A stretch of DNA of 64,000 nucleotides from Podarcis filfolensis (lineage: Eukaryota): assembly GCA_964270895.1 (NCBI GenBank), contig OZ185437.1; one strand, given 5' to 3'. This document shows, one piece after another, positions 44,101 to 59,100 of the stretch. The notes beneath the pieces were generated by a model. The model ran no database searches. It was not told the origin of the DNA and was given only the letters and a program-made list of their open reading frames with translations. The position numbers and the translations under genes are program-made. How positions within the stretch are numbered: the stretch's first letter is position 1; every line of letters begins with the position of its first letter.

Positions 44101-47100
44101 TCCCATTGCTGCATACAGGCTAACCTGTTTCATTCACTATTGTGCATAAGGATCTCATGGGACCAGGAGACAGCAGGTGAGCACAAAGGATCTCATGAGA
44201 TCTCTACAAAAGGAACCATTAGTCTGGTTCAATAATTTCTAACAAAATAAAAACAGCAACAAAACAATAAAAGCTGAAGTGGTTAGGGAAAATGAAGTAC
44301 CAAAGGGAGTAAAAGGAGGTATTCTGCATTTAATAGGTAACAGAGCAAAACTATATCTATCCAATATGATGCAGATATGAAGCTAATATAACTGTTAAGC
44401 ATGGATTCCCTAAACAGAAGATTTCCATATATTTAAGCTACTTACATGCTAAGGATATATAATGAATTGTTCATCTTCTCAAGGGCATAGCAGAGAATGT
44501 TTAACACACTTAAGTTACCTTTGTGCAGACTGTGAGCTGTATCCACAGCTTTACCTGCCACACACTGAGCGCAAGGCACCATGCAAAACCCCCAAAGAAC
44601 AAGTGCAACCATTTACTTGACATTCTCATCATCCTGCAAGCTACCATAATTCACAGTAGTGCTGCGATGTGGTCTAAGACAGCATAGGCAAGGGCCTACT
44701 CAAGCTTATATTTGACTCCCCTCCCATTTCCTTTTTTAAAAATTTGAATAATTGTGTAAGCTAAGTTCACCTGAGAGCTGTTAACATAAAAAGGTGGAAG
44801 CTCTTGGCCTTTTATCACAATAGCATCCAAAAAACTATGTAGTTATGGATTGGCTACCATAAGCTCCATTAGGCAGAAAATTGTGCATTAACTGGTGCCA
44901 TTGCCATGAAATGCTTGGCAATTCATCCAAGTCAAAGGAAAATATTTATTTAGACAATTCATATGCCACCCTTCGATATAATTATTCCCAGGGTGGATAA
45001 AGATAAAAATACAGATTACCATGGTCAAGGCTCAGTATCTCTATTAGATACATTTTTAACTGGTCAGCTAAAGAGCTTCCATGTGGGCTTTACAATAAAA
45101 TAAAACAAACCCTAATGATTTCACTTCCCATTCCTTGTTTAACTCTCTTTTGATTCTAGTAGATGACATCACCTCCACTGCTAGTCACAAGAGCATATGG
45201 TGCTGCCATTATAGATGAGTTCAAAGGCTCACCTAGCCTAGTTTCCTGTCCAAAAGTGCCCATTTACCCTATTTCTCAGAGAAGGCACACAAGAAGCCAG
45301 GCAAATAATGTCCTTGTCACAGATCTCCATCTTTTTTGGGGGGGGGGATTGGAAGTAATAACCAGTTTGAGTATCAGAATACACACTGCCATCCATTTTT
45401 GTTAGATGTCTGTTGTCTATGGATTTTGAAACCACTTATATACTGTTAGCCACAACAGCTTCAAAGAACATAAAAACACAAGAGGAGCCCTGCTGGATCA
45501 TACCAACAATCCAACTAGGCTAACATCCTGTTCTCAAAATGGCCAGCCAGAAGCCTATGGGAAACTGAGTGCAAGCAGGACATGAGTGCAACGTTATTCC
45601 CCTAACAATTGGTATTCAGAGGCATGTTACCTCCAATACTGAGGGCAGCACATAGTCATCATAGCAAGTAGCTACTAATAGCCTTCTCCTCCATGAAAAA
45701 TATATAATCTTCAAGAAGACAAAAATGGGGGAGATGGAAATTTCTCGTGGCAATTGCCCCAGAGTGGCTGGATCAACCCAGCCAGATGGACAGGGTATAA
45801 ATAATATAATAATTATGATTATTAATAAATCTCTCAAATGCTGTTGATAACCCACATATACCATGACTGTCAGGATCGCTCCTTGTTACGGTTTCACAAG
45901 TGCTGCCATTTTAGCGATCGGGGAACAGGTCATCACAATGTTCCCCAGACCACCACAAACAACTTCACTGAGTAAGGTTGATTTGCACTCTCCTCTCCAA
46001 TTTCTATCTTCAGGAAGAGTAAAGAGACCATGCACAACAACAAGGCGTGGAGGCAGCAAGCTGTGTTTTAATTTTATGTTCAATGAAATTTGGGGACATC
46101 TCCTCCAATAAGAATTCCCACAAGTAAGTGTGTCGGGCTGTTAACCAGAAGGCTGGTGGTTCAAGCCCACCCAGGGACAGCTGTGAACATGATTCCTGCA
46201 CTGCAAGGGATTGGACCAGATGACCCTCAGGGGTCCCTTCCAACTCTACAATTCTATGATATGTGCAGGGTAGAACTGGGTTTCTTTCCCCTTATCTACT
46301 TCCTTACAAAATTTCAATATGCAAGAGCTGAATTGGCTCCAATGAGGAAACGCACTGCTCAGAGTACATAGCATTTTCACTACGAGACTGTTATCAAGCT
46401 GAGCTGACCCACCTTATGAGCGCAAGCAAGTTGTCAAACAGTTTCAGGACCTGCACAGAGCAGGGATTACGGTAGATTGGACTGCCATTAGACATGTACC
46501 CAACCACAAATCCTCCAGCCTTCGCCTCTTCCAAGGAAGCAGGCCAACGAGCCCGTTTTATAACGCCCAGAATGGTATACACACAAAAGCTTATCTATAG
46601 GGAAACAAACAAAGGAGGAAAGATTCAAAGGGTTAAAGAGAAAGAACAACAAGAGGCCGAAGGAGTCACTTTCCTTGGAACTTCTCAATATAGCTACTAG
46701 GTAAGACTGCTTTCTGCCTCTGTGAAAACCTTGGGCATGGGAGAGGGGAAGGAAATCTGGCCCTTCGGGGCTGCCTACTTGGCCCTCGGGAGCCTCCCCA
46801 GACCACAGCTCTCACTGACCCTGTTCAGCATCCTCCTTAAGTGGTTTTGCTTAGTTGGATATGTGTCACTGAATGCCGTTTGCTTGTCTGAATGGGCAAT
46901 GGAAAGATGCACGTGGGGCTGTGTGTATAAAAACCTCTGACAATGGCTTCAATTTATTTATTTGCTTGTTTTATTTCTATACCGCCCTATACCCGAAGGT
47001 CTCAAGGAAGGAGATTCCGACTAAACAACAGGAAGAACTTTCTGACAGTAACAGCTGTTAAAACAGTGGAGCAGACTCCCTCGGGACGTTGTGGACTCTC

Positions 47101-50100
47101 TTTCACTGGAGGTTTTTAAGCAGAGGCTGGATGGCCATCTGTCATGTATGTTCTTGTTGAGATTCCTGCATTGCAGGGAGCTGGACTAGATGACCCTTGG
47201 GATCCCTTCCAACTCTACAGTTCTAGGATTCTATGACTTTTATGTAGCTGTACAGCAGAAACCATCTGCTATTTGACTGCTTTTGGTAGTTCAGGATTAA
47301 AACAAGAAACAAAACTAGCTGTTGGTTAGGCCATGTCACTTATAAATTCCTTTGTAGGAGGTCCAGGCAAAACAATATAGATAAAAGAGGCAGAAAAAAA
47401 CCCACTCTAGCTCTCATTCTCGAAAATGTTCCAGATCCCAGATGTTTCAGCTTTTCTTTTTTCCCAGAGATGATATATGCTCAAAAAGTCCTTTATGAAA
47501 TAGCAAAGACTACGCATCTACTGAGCAAGGAGAAATATTCCAGAAAACAGCTAAATCCCCCTTCTCTAAGGTTCATGCTTAATAACTACTTACTCTAGAA
47601 CGGTTTAGGCCACAGGGATCGTCCATGGCTGGGTCTGTAAGTTTATTATCAGCACCAACATAGCGGACAAACTCTTCAGGATTCGTCAGGACTCTTAACA
47701 GAAAGAGAAAGAGAGGAAGAAGTCAGATTCAGCTTGAGAGCTGTGTAAGATTATGTTGCCAATGGTTAGCATGCTGAATCTCATGATCTGGATTGCTGGT
47801 GTGATTCTTGTACAGGATATTATTAAACCTTACAGCCTAGCACTGTAATTCCCGCCCCCCCCCCCCCCGCTGTACTACATTAGAGAAAGAACGGAGGAAG
47901 TCCTTGCACCTCCTCATTTCTTCAGACAGCCACAAGTTTGTGACAGGAGACATGAGTTCTTCCAAGAAAATCTTCTGCCGTGGGTAGTCCTTAAACTGGT
48001 TGCTGACGAGGACTAGGGCTTCCATGAGAGCACACTTCTCCATCTGGGTCAGGAGTAGCTCATTGGAGAGCAGCTGCTTTACATGGTTATACAGCATGTC
48101 AAAGTTTGGCTAGAAGAAACAGATTCAAGCAAAGGTCAGTCAACTGACAGAATCACACGAGACTAGACTTCTTGAATACATGCGGAATTCCTACACAGAC
48201 TATTTGGTGGGAGACTGCTTTTGTTCGAGGCAACGCCATGCATTATTTGATTTAACGTTTGTATCCCGCTTTCCCAGCAACAAATGTTCAGCTCAAAGTT
48301 GCTCGCAATAATCACAGTAGCATTAAAAAGACAACCAATATTGCAATCACTACAATATCAAACGCAATGGCTATAAATAAAGCAAATAAAGCAAACAACG
48401 GCAATGAATTGATCAAAACAATTAATACAATTCAATAACGTAATAGTAACTCATTGTATTGCCAGGATACTTCCTAAGCACATGGAACCTTATTCCAGAA
48501 CAAAAAATGGATTAGCTGTGCCAGGGATGCTAACTTGAATAAAATACTGGGAAGGGGGCACATACTATTTGAATGGCAATGCCCATCAATTTGGAGGGAA
48601 CGGCCCCCTCTAATATTTTATGGGGGGGAAGGGATCTTGGCCCCTAGGAGTTGGCTCCTTTGAGCTGTGCCCTGTTGGTTATGGCATCTGCAGAAACCAC
48701 AGCATTTCCAGCACCAAACAGTTAACATATGGAAAAAAACAATTAGGTTTCCCAGATGCATATGCACTGGTGCCTAAAAATACGTGTACAATTGTGAATG
48801 GGATGTTTACACATTTGCTATGGAAACCACCCAGTATTTTTCACCTCACTATGCGTGAAGCTGTATTCAGTTGCTGCTTTAGGTTTTTAGCTCTTGTATC
48901 CATAAACTGAATCTTATATATACTCCACAGCTATGTTTTCCAGCCTCTACCACAAGGACTTCTCTCTTCTGTGACTAATAATAATATTAATTTATACTCT
49001 GCCAATCTTGCTGGGTTCCCCCAGCCACTCTAGGCACCTTCCAGCATTTATAAAAACACAGTAAAACGTCAAATATAAAAAACTTCCCGATACAGGGATA
49101 CCTTCAGATGTCTTCTAAAGGTCTGTAGTTCTTTATCTCCTTGAGATTGGATGGGAGGGCATTCCACAGGGAGGACGCCACTGCTGAGAAGGCCCTCGTG
49201 GTTGAAACAATCAAGATTGACTACCAAACATTAACAACCACACATAGAACAAACACAGGAGCTTTAAACCACAAGGGGAATAACGAAAGCATACACACAC
49301 ACACACACACCGCTCCGGCCCACAACACACACCAAGTAGCTCCATGACATATAGAAAATTCAATAAAGTACCAGGACAAGCTGAGGGTAATCCCGGCACA
49401 TCTTGATTATTGAGGAACAGGCATGCCTTCTCACATTCTTCACTGCACGGGTCCTTGGGGCCTAGGAGAATCAGTCAATAAAGCTTGAGGATTGCATTTG
49501 GCTCTGTAAATTTTAACAGAATCAGCTGTTGGTCATGCTTAGAACCACAGAGTTGGAAGGGACCGCAGGGGTCATCTAGCCCAACCCCATGCAATACAGC
49601 ACGATCAGTAGCTTTTTTGTAGGTATTAAACAAAAAATTACCACCCCAAGTCAAAAGCCCTCTTAAAACAGAAGCGTTTTCAGCACCTGTCAAAAGGACA
49701 GTCAAAACTCAACACAACAAGCCACCCTGGGCAGGCTAAAGGCACAGGCACCCCATCGCAAGACCACTTGACTTTCTAATGCTGATTGAACCCTTAACAG
49801 CAAGCCTCTGGTGACCATAAATCCCAAGGTGTGGGAGAGGTATGCAGGAACATCTGCACAATATTTTCTGCTTTGGCTAGTTACAAGGAGGGATAAAGAG
49901 TTGCACAGCACTGAAATCTCACCCCTCCCCACCCCTGGGTAACTGGAAATGTTGCTCAGTCACCATTCTGCTGCTGATATTTTATTTGGCTTTGCTGACC
50001 CATTCATTTTCAAACCTACCTTTACAGTCATATGGGCTGAAGACTTAGACTTGCTTTTTTTTTTTTAAGTGAAAGCTGATATTCTGAGGAAACCGAATTC

Positions 50101-53100
50101 TGTACCTAATGTAAGATTCTGTAACACTTGCTCAGAATTGTGGAATACACAACCTTTTGTTATGATTCTCCATCCCCCCCAACACTGTTTAAATGCTTCA
50201 TATAAGCATTGCTTATGTGGCATGGATGCAGTTGCTTATCAATCACATCCATGTCAACTGCCTCCATAGAGAACTAGTGAAAGACGTGTGTGGTCAGTAC
50301 TGAAATGTACTTCCCCCAAAGGTCCCGTGAAAGAACTGGTATCCAATAATTTATATATAGAATTTTAGTCTATAGTGCCATTATTGCATATAAGCATGCT
50401 ACTTTGCTATGTGGAAGTTTAATCCATGCACCTATACATTGTACAGTATGGCCAAAATTATCTTACCTTACTTTCTTCTACAACTTCAAAGGTAACAGAG
50501 GCAAAGAGCTATGGGAACAAGAACAAAAGCCACATATCAATGGTTCGTGCTTTTGAATGTGCTGCATACCAGTCACTAGTCTATGAATAGCTGTTCCAAG
50601 TCCACGAAAATGTCTTTATCAGAGAAAAGTTTCCTCTTTTCTATTTCAACACAAGACAAGGATTCCATCAGGTAGGAGGAGGTATCCCTTAATAGTGACA
50701 AGACCAGCACTGTGTTCAGATCTTGAACATATTTTACCCAGGGAATTAAGTGTATCACAGTTCTTCAGTGTTCTCCATTTTGAAAACTGAGGGGTCACCT
50801 GTAAGCATGAAGGTAGACTAGCAGTAGTACAGAATCAAGTACCAAACCTCACCAGCTACTAGAAGCAACACAATCTCTCCTTGAACTTCTAATATTTAAA
50901 AGAAACAACCATATATTTTCTAAGTATGTCTCTGCAATGTACATATACATAGACACATATAAATAGATGTAAACACACACACATATGTACATATATGTAC
51001 GTACAATACATACGTATATCTGATACACACATGCACAAACTTTAAAATTCAGCCACATTATTTGGGGGGGGGTGTTCTTTAGTCCACCAGAAAAACTTGG
51101 CATGCTGGATATGGGTCACCCCAACAACAAAAATTGTCCCTCCTAGGGCATCTATTCTCTAGAATGATCAGAGAAAAATGTTTAGCCTCCCTAGATCTAT
51201 CCTATGAAACGTTTACAGGTAAGGATCTACACGGTATCACTTTTAAAAGCCTCATCATATTAACAAGATAAGATACAGGGCTTGCCTTTGAAAGAACATC
51301 TGGCAGGTATTCTGGCCTGTAAGTGACAAATGGAAAGAGTGCCGAAACGTTAGAAAGGACACAGGACAGGATGAGGGGATCCTTTGTTTCGTAGTTGAGG
51401 ACAAGTTGTAGCAGTTCTATGCCATCGGATACTGGGATCTCCTAGGAGAAGAGAAGAATTCAACAATGTTCAATGCACTCTGGCTTTGTAGAATGTCACT
51501 ATTTCTTTCTCAGGCAAATCCAAGGCAGGCTGCCTGTACCTTTAGCTGAAATGTGACAAACATAATACTTGCAAAAATGCCACATTAGCCTATTAACAAG
51601 TTTATATGAAAAGTATTATTCAACAGAAAGCATAACAAATTAACACAAAGGCATTTCAAGCCATGAGTGGGAGTTAAAAATGACTAGCCAATGATGTGAT
51701 AGAAGTTCGAACCAGTGGTTGTCTAGGCTCATTATATACAGGGAACTTATCATTTCCTTTTCTGTAGAGCTTTTGGTGACATACTTGCACAAAGTCAAAA
51801 GCATTTAGCAATATCAGCACAGCTACTGGCATACTGAATCGTTTATAGTCTCTTGTTCAACTTTTACCATCACAGTAGAGAGCGAGTCTCATGGATTCAC
51901 TATTTGGGATCTGTGCAAGTTCTAATACAGAATCTACCCCCATCTGAGCACTTTCCAGAATAGCAAAGACACATTTTGAGAAGAATTACTTTACCCGGTC
52001 AGACAGAAGTCACAATCACAAAACATCAACATTGTGACGACTGCATTTGAAATTAGTGACACGTGTTCCTGCTCGTTTTTAAACTGGCTGCAGAAGTGCC
52101 CATCACCAAGTTCAATTCACACACTATATTGATAATGTATGAATATTCTGCAACATTTGATCCCACAAAAGCAGCTCCAACAGAAGGGGATGTGGGAATG
52201 GAAATATTCATCTGAGGTAGAACTTCCATCCAATTTCAGAGGCAGAGGAACCAAAACATAGGCACGGGGGAGAAGTTTTATAGCAGCAACCACGCTGTAA
52301 AAGCATTGTGTGAATTAAGTCTTAGTTTTATTGTTCAAGTTCTACTGCTGGAAGCCTTTAAGTATGGCAAAATAATGTCAGGAAAAATGTAACCACATAA
52401 TTATACATTTATCACATTTACATTCTACCTTTCCTCCAAAGACCTCAAGGTGGCATACATGGAACTCCCCACTTTCCACATACCGTGGTACCTTGGTTCT
52501 TGAACTTAATCCGTTCCTGGAGTCCATTCGACTTCCAAAACGTTTGAAAACCAAGGTGTGGCTTCCAATTGGCTACAGGAGCTTCCTGCACTCAACCGGA
52601 AGCAGCATTGGACATTTGGCTTCTGAAAAATGTTCGCAAACTGGAACATTTACTTCCGGATTTGCAGTGTTCGGGAGCCAATTTGTTCGACAACTATTAT
52701 AATATGAATTAAAGGTTTTATTCTGTGAAAGATTGGGAAAGAAAAGAGGCTCTCTTTGTGACGCAGCAAGAAATGTGACCCGATATGGACAGGCAGACCT
52801 TTGCTGCACGATATATGGTCTTAGGGAGGAAGAGCCGTGGATCAGGCTGGGATCGTAAATTTGAAAGGGTTGTTATCCTCCTGGAGAGACTAATTTATGA
52901 GGCAGCGGGTCTGGAAAGTTAATGAGCAGACATTTAGACTGTATTTCATCGGAGTGGCAAGATGGCGAATGTCTGCTCGAATGAACGCCTGGACTATTGG
53001 ATTTCTGTGAGAGATCTACGAGAGAGCATTACAAAGCCCACACAGAGATATAAATAAGACTGTTTCTTTCAATCCACTTGTGGAGAGAACTCGGAGGTGA

Positions 53101-56100
53101 CTGAAAAGGAAAATGAGTAACGACAAAGAGTTGAGAAGATGGGACTGAAAACATCATTGTAAACATGAAAGCAGCAGAAATACAGATGATTGGACTCCTG
53201 CCGATCGCGAAGCATGGGTACCCCCCAAAAAATTTATAATTAGGAAAACATTTGGACTTTATGATGTGTATTGATACAATTTGGACTAATTGGTATGATA
53301 TGTTTAATTTGGTAAATGGAAACTTAATAAAAATTATTTTTTTAAAAAAAAAATTGTTCGGCAACTAAACCATTAGAGAACCAGGGTACCACTGTATTTT
53401 ATCCTTGCAACAATCCTGTGAAGTAGGTCAATCTGAGACAGTCTGACATTCTAACCCAAGGGTGTGGCAGGAGATGATAGCAAGTGTGGCGGAAAGATTC
53501 AAGGGCAATCAAAGAAACATTTAAAGTTCTTATGTAGCTGCATTGTTGTATACTTTCTGGATGTCTCATGATTATGTTATAAAGTAGTTGTGCTCTATGT
53601 TATAAATCAAGTGCTGCTAGGAGTTGCTTCTTTTTCTTTTCCAATATATTTCTTATTAATAAAAGAGTTGATGTGGTGCCAGCAATTTTTTATTCTGAAA
53701 GTGTGGCCCAGAGGAAAAAGTTTGAGAACCACTGTTCTAACCACTACATCACATTGGCTCTTTTGCTCTTCATAAAAATAGCAGAGCTTGAAAGACTTCC
53801 TTAAGCTAGTATTTTCCAAATATTATGTGCTACTGTGGTCAAGTTAGCATCCCCACTCCATGCTCTTCAAGAAACACTGTTGTCACAGCAAGCCAACCGA
53901 GGCAGGAAAAAAATGAAACATCAAGACTACATACGTCCTTTTCCATGAACCGGAACATCGGGCTAACGACACTCTCCAAGAAAAAGGTCATAGCATCCCA
54001 TTGCACAAAAGAAACTGAAAAGATGGAGCAGAGGCCTTCACCAGTTTTAGCTATAAGATGAAGAAAAAGGAAAGCATTAGAACACTTCCAGATTTGTAGC
54101 AGTGCAGGCCTCTCTCTTTGGACAAGAATTTACTTTCCTACACCAGTGTAAAAAGTTCTCAAAAGTCTTGCCCTATGAACCCCCCGCCCAAATCCAGTTG
54201 TTTGGTAGCCTGTTTACAAGCTGTTTTTACTAAAAAATGAGCTTACAAATTTAAGAGCAGGGTCTGCGTTTCAACCAATATCAGGTACTAACCCCTTGCC
54301 CTCCAGCTGGAAGGCCTAGGCTGGAAAAAATAATGAGGAACTGTTTGGGTGAGGAAAAGGTAAAGCAAAATGTCCACCACTGCTGGAGACCAAGCTTACT
54401 TCCCCTCCCATTAAGGAAACTTACAGTTCACGGGTCCAATATCAACCGGAGTGGACAGCTGATATTTCAGCCATTCTCCAGCCATCTGGAAGCCAGTTCG
54501 AGGGTCCAAGCGACATGCCATCCTTATCACCTCTCCCTGTTGTGCACGGAAAGCTGCCAAGGAAATTACACATGAAAGGCTTGGTTTCAAAATGCTTTTA
54601 AATTAGAGGGGCACCTACTGCTACAGCTCAAATAATCTAGTCATGTAAAAGGCAGCAGTAATCGCCATGAGGGGTGTCCAGGTGGCAGCTGCTTTTGCTT
54701 GCTCACTTCAACAATTGAACATTAAGTCAGATGAAGGAAGATTTGGGATGCAGACACCTGAAGGAAGCATACAATCAGGGCATGAAGGCAATAGATTGTG
54801 CTCCAGCAACTAGGATCCAGAGGAATATTGCTTCTGAACCCAGAGGGCCCACTTATCTACCATGGCTAATAATTGTTGATATACTTTCATGAACGGTTTT
54901 GACTGAAGGCATGTGGGGACCTTTCACACTGAAGCATCTCCTTCTGCTCTCAAATGGCCCATTCTGAGATTCTGTTATTGCCATTTCAAACTGAAGAGCA
55001 TAGGGGAAAACTTCCAAGTTATCCTGCAAAGAGATGGGTTTTACTAGAACAAAGGTAACTTACAGTTGAAGAAGCAATTAAAGTCTTCATCACTGTCAAA
55101 GTCGAAGTGAGAATATTTACAACTGGGGCTGTCTGTCTTGGAAGGAAACCCCACCTGCAAAAAGAAGGGGTGTCAGATTCAAGAGATTGAGTGGAAAAAT
55201 AGTAATTTCACAGAACTCTCCCGCTGGCAGAATTCTCATGTGTGTTGCAGCAAAACATTTTCAAGAACTCAGCTTGTTGAGCCACACAAATTTCAACTAG
55301 AATATAACTATGCAAGTGGCCTTATGGTATCTACTTAGGTTTTTAATCTAGAATAAGTTTAAGCAGCAAGACTTCTAGGGGGCTGTCATTTCAGAATAAA
55401 AAATCATGGAGGGGGGAATAGGTTGTCCCTTTGGGACATAATCTGCACTAACCGAAAGGGGGCATAAATTGTTATTGTTCTGCCTTCTGGCTGAATCAAA
55501 ATATCCAGTGAGGGGAGATGATGGCAGAGACCTCCACCAGCATACCAGCAGCCTTCCAACTATTTCAAGATTGCCGCTCCACACTTGGAAAACCAAAGGT
55601 CTTAAGAACACTCTAGAATTAAAGACTCTCATGGCACCATACCTTCACAAGATTAGTCATAGATGCTCGCAGGTATTTTGGAATCATAGCCAACAACAGA
55701 GGATCACGTGACAGGACTTCGTGCCGAAAAAGAGCTCCCCATGTGATCTGGGTGGAAGAGCGTAGGAACTAGGGGAAAAACAAGGAATCAATCAAATGAC
55801 AATAGTGATCCACACTGATCCTCTCAAGCTTAGGCACTGGTAAATACTCCCAAGCTCAGCTGAAACCAAGCAGCAATTACTTCCAACAAACACATGCCAA
55901 AACAACTGAAACTTTTGTTCAACACACACACCACCGTTTGCTACTGCAAGCTGGATCTTCATGAATGCTGGATGGCAGGAAAGAGCATGCCACATCACTT
56001 GACAGATTTTCAGAGAAGGAAAGGATACAAGTATGCAATAGTTACTATCCTGAGTTACATAAACAGATCAAATCAGCACTGAGAACGCAGTGTTTAAGGT

Positions 56101-59100
56101 TAAGTGCCATGCTGCTGACAACAAAGCCTTTCTTCCATTGAGAAAGGCACCTAAAACATTTTCAGTACACAGGCACAGAGCACAAATGGCTGTTTCTATA
56201 CACAAGAGGTTGGAAAACCTTCCCCTTTACCTACCTGGCTGGGGTGGGTTGTGAAAGCTAGAAATGACTCGAGGTATTTTCCAAGGTTGACAGGTGTTTC
56301 CACATCTGAATCAGAGCCCTGTTGAGAGGGGAGGCAAACTTCAAAGGTGGATTCAGATGACAAGCTGCCACATGGCAGCTGCAGAAAAACTAGTATGGCA
56401 TAGTGCAGAGCTTTCCAAACTTTTCATGTTGGTGACACACTTTTCAGACATGCATTATTTTGCAACACAGTAATTCAGTTTTACTATTAAACTGGAGGTT
56501 AAACTTGTCAATTTGCATTTCTTAGTACAGAAAGTGTTCATCTGATGTGTAGAGATCTTTCCTATTCTAATTAATTCAAGAGGGTCCTGGAAGCTTCTCT
56601 GTGTGAAAGAAACAAGCAGAAGGTTCATGATGTTTCAGTTATTCCTTCAGAGAAGCTGAGTGCAGCTGGCTTAAACTCGTTCTGTTATCTTTTCTGTCAA
56701 GGTCATGATGACTATAATAGTAAGGCCAGAAGGAGCCTGGATCTCTCTTTCTGTCTCTCTTTCCTTCTGGTGTGGTGTTCTGTATATAGTGTTAAGGTTT
56801 AGACTTATTGTAAGTTATTATAAGTTTAAGTCAAATCTGCTGCAACTGGACTTCTTATGGACAGTGCCAATCCCCAATGTATTTGATTTGTGACCTTTAT
56901 GCTTATTTACCTTCAGTAGCAGTAAAGATCTGCTGGATGAAATACAATTGCCTCTGGTCTATTTTTTGAGAATCCTGCAATGTGTTTAAGTTTTTACTCT
57001 GCTAACTATATGTTGGAGTTCTGCTCAGGATCAATACTGAGTAGAATTCCATGCTAAAACTAACCCCTTTTCAGCCCCGGGAGGAGCACAGGGAGCATTC
57101 ATGTGACACGGCTATACACGGAAGCCAACACACTAATGTGTCACGACACACAATTTGGAAAGCTCTGGTGTAGTGGTTGGCATGTCAAACTAGGACCTGG
57201 GAGAACAGGGTTCAAATTTCCACTCAGCTATGAAGTGCACTGGAAAGAGATGGGAACTGTATAGAGCAGTTCAACCTGGGGCATGAGATTATGTAACAGT
57301 CACTGAATAACAGTTTTGGAAAACTGCTTTGTGATGGAAAACTCACCACCAATGCATACAGCTGACTACCCAAAGAACACAAGACTTGGCAAAGTCTCTT
57401 TAAGAAAACATAGTGCTTCTCTACTAGGCCTTCACCATCTGCTGTCCTGAAAAGTACAAATAAAGCAGAAGTCATGTATTACTATGGAATACTGTAAACA
57501 TCAGTTTATGGATTTAACTTAAGTAGTATGAAACTTGAACAAGAAACCTTACTGGATTAAGTACCACATGTATCAACTCTGTCAATTTTTATACAGGGTA
57601 GGACACGAAGGAGGACACTGGAAGCAAATAACTATCTTAACTGAACTGATCTTCTGACAAGACAACATGCTTCAGGAGGGAAGGTGTGACCATTACTACA
57701 CCAAAAAGGAATGGGTGGAAATTGTCACAAGGCAATTTTATCACATCAATTTTCAGCACCTGTGCATAGCGAAAGAAACACCTAGCATCCAGTGGCCTAG
57801 TCTGATGTGGAAAATGCCAACTCACATCATTCTAACAAAATCACCTTGAGATCAATGGCAACATGTGACTCACATCTCAAGTGGTGACTGCTGTGGGTGA
57901 TATCCAAAAGTGATGTCCTGCTTAAGTAATGGGCTCTGCTTGTGTAAAATGGGACTTCTCCTTCCTCTCATTTGCACTGCAGCCTCCTCAGCACACTCAA
58001 AATCCACCTGAGGGTTTGGGGGCACTCTCTATCAATCTGGACTTATGGATCATGGCCAGAATAGGAGGCATTCTATGGTGTGCTCCTGGTACCTTCGTCC
58101 TCTCTATCAATCTGGACTTATGGATCATGGCCAGAATAGGAGGCATTCTATGGTGTGCTCCTGGTACCTTTGTCCAACTCTTGAGCCACCGGCTAAGACT
58201 TATGAGCTCCACAATCTATTTTGTGCTAAAACTAAGAGCAGTTTCTTTCCCTTGGGAAGTCATCATGCGCTCACAGAAGCGGATGATATTACTCACTGGG
58301 CGGCAGAGAAGATGTAGTGCATGGCAACATCCCCAAACAAAACCATCAAGGGCTTGCGATCATCCAGTTTCCCCTGAGCAGAAAACAAAGGAGAGCTTTG
58401 TCACAACATACGAAATTAGCTCTTCGGCATCAACTAGCAGCTGCCAGTTCATTAGTTACCACTTATACTACATGTCAGCTTTCTTTACAGATGTGACCAA
58501 TAGAAAGCACAAATGCTGCTACAGGTTAATGTGGGACAGGAAATGGAGCAATGACTCATCCAGTGCTCAAAGGGCAGATGACAGCTATCATACTGCAGAA
58601 TTCCTTCTCCCTGAACAACATGGCCCTCAAATCAAAGAGGGATAATTACCATATTTTTTGCTCTATAAGACTCACTTTTTCCCTCCTAAAAAGTAAGGGG
58701 AAATGTGTGTGCATCTTATAGAGCGAATGCAGGCTGCGCAGCTATCACAGAAACCAGAACAGCAAGAGGGATTGCTGCTTTCACTGTGCAGCGATCCCTC
58801 TTGCTGTTCTGGCTTCTGAGATTCAGAATATTTGTTTCCTTGTTTTCCTCCTCCAAAAACTAGGTGCGTCTTGTGGTCTGGTGCGTCTTATAGAGAGAAA
58901 AATATGGTAATTGCAGTGCAGAACGGGACAGGACAAAATCCTCAGTAGGCAAGATATAACTTTGTGGCCTTACCCTACTCATTCCTGGATTATATCCATA
59001 GATATATTCATACCAAAACAACAACAACACCTTGAAGGGGACAGAAAAGAGAAACTCACTTTTCTGCTGACCACGATCAAGAGACACTCTGCTGCTCCCA

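Noticed and set aside
58025-58174. Direct repeats as a CRISPR-like array
   Set aside because: Two abutting copies with no spacer, in eukaryotic DNA with no cas genes
57929-58645. 238-aa plus-strand ORF, the longest in the track
   Set aside because: Antisense to XPO5 exon 8, lengthened by the in-frame 75-bp duplication, and with no recognisable domain
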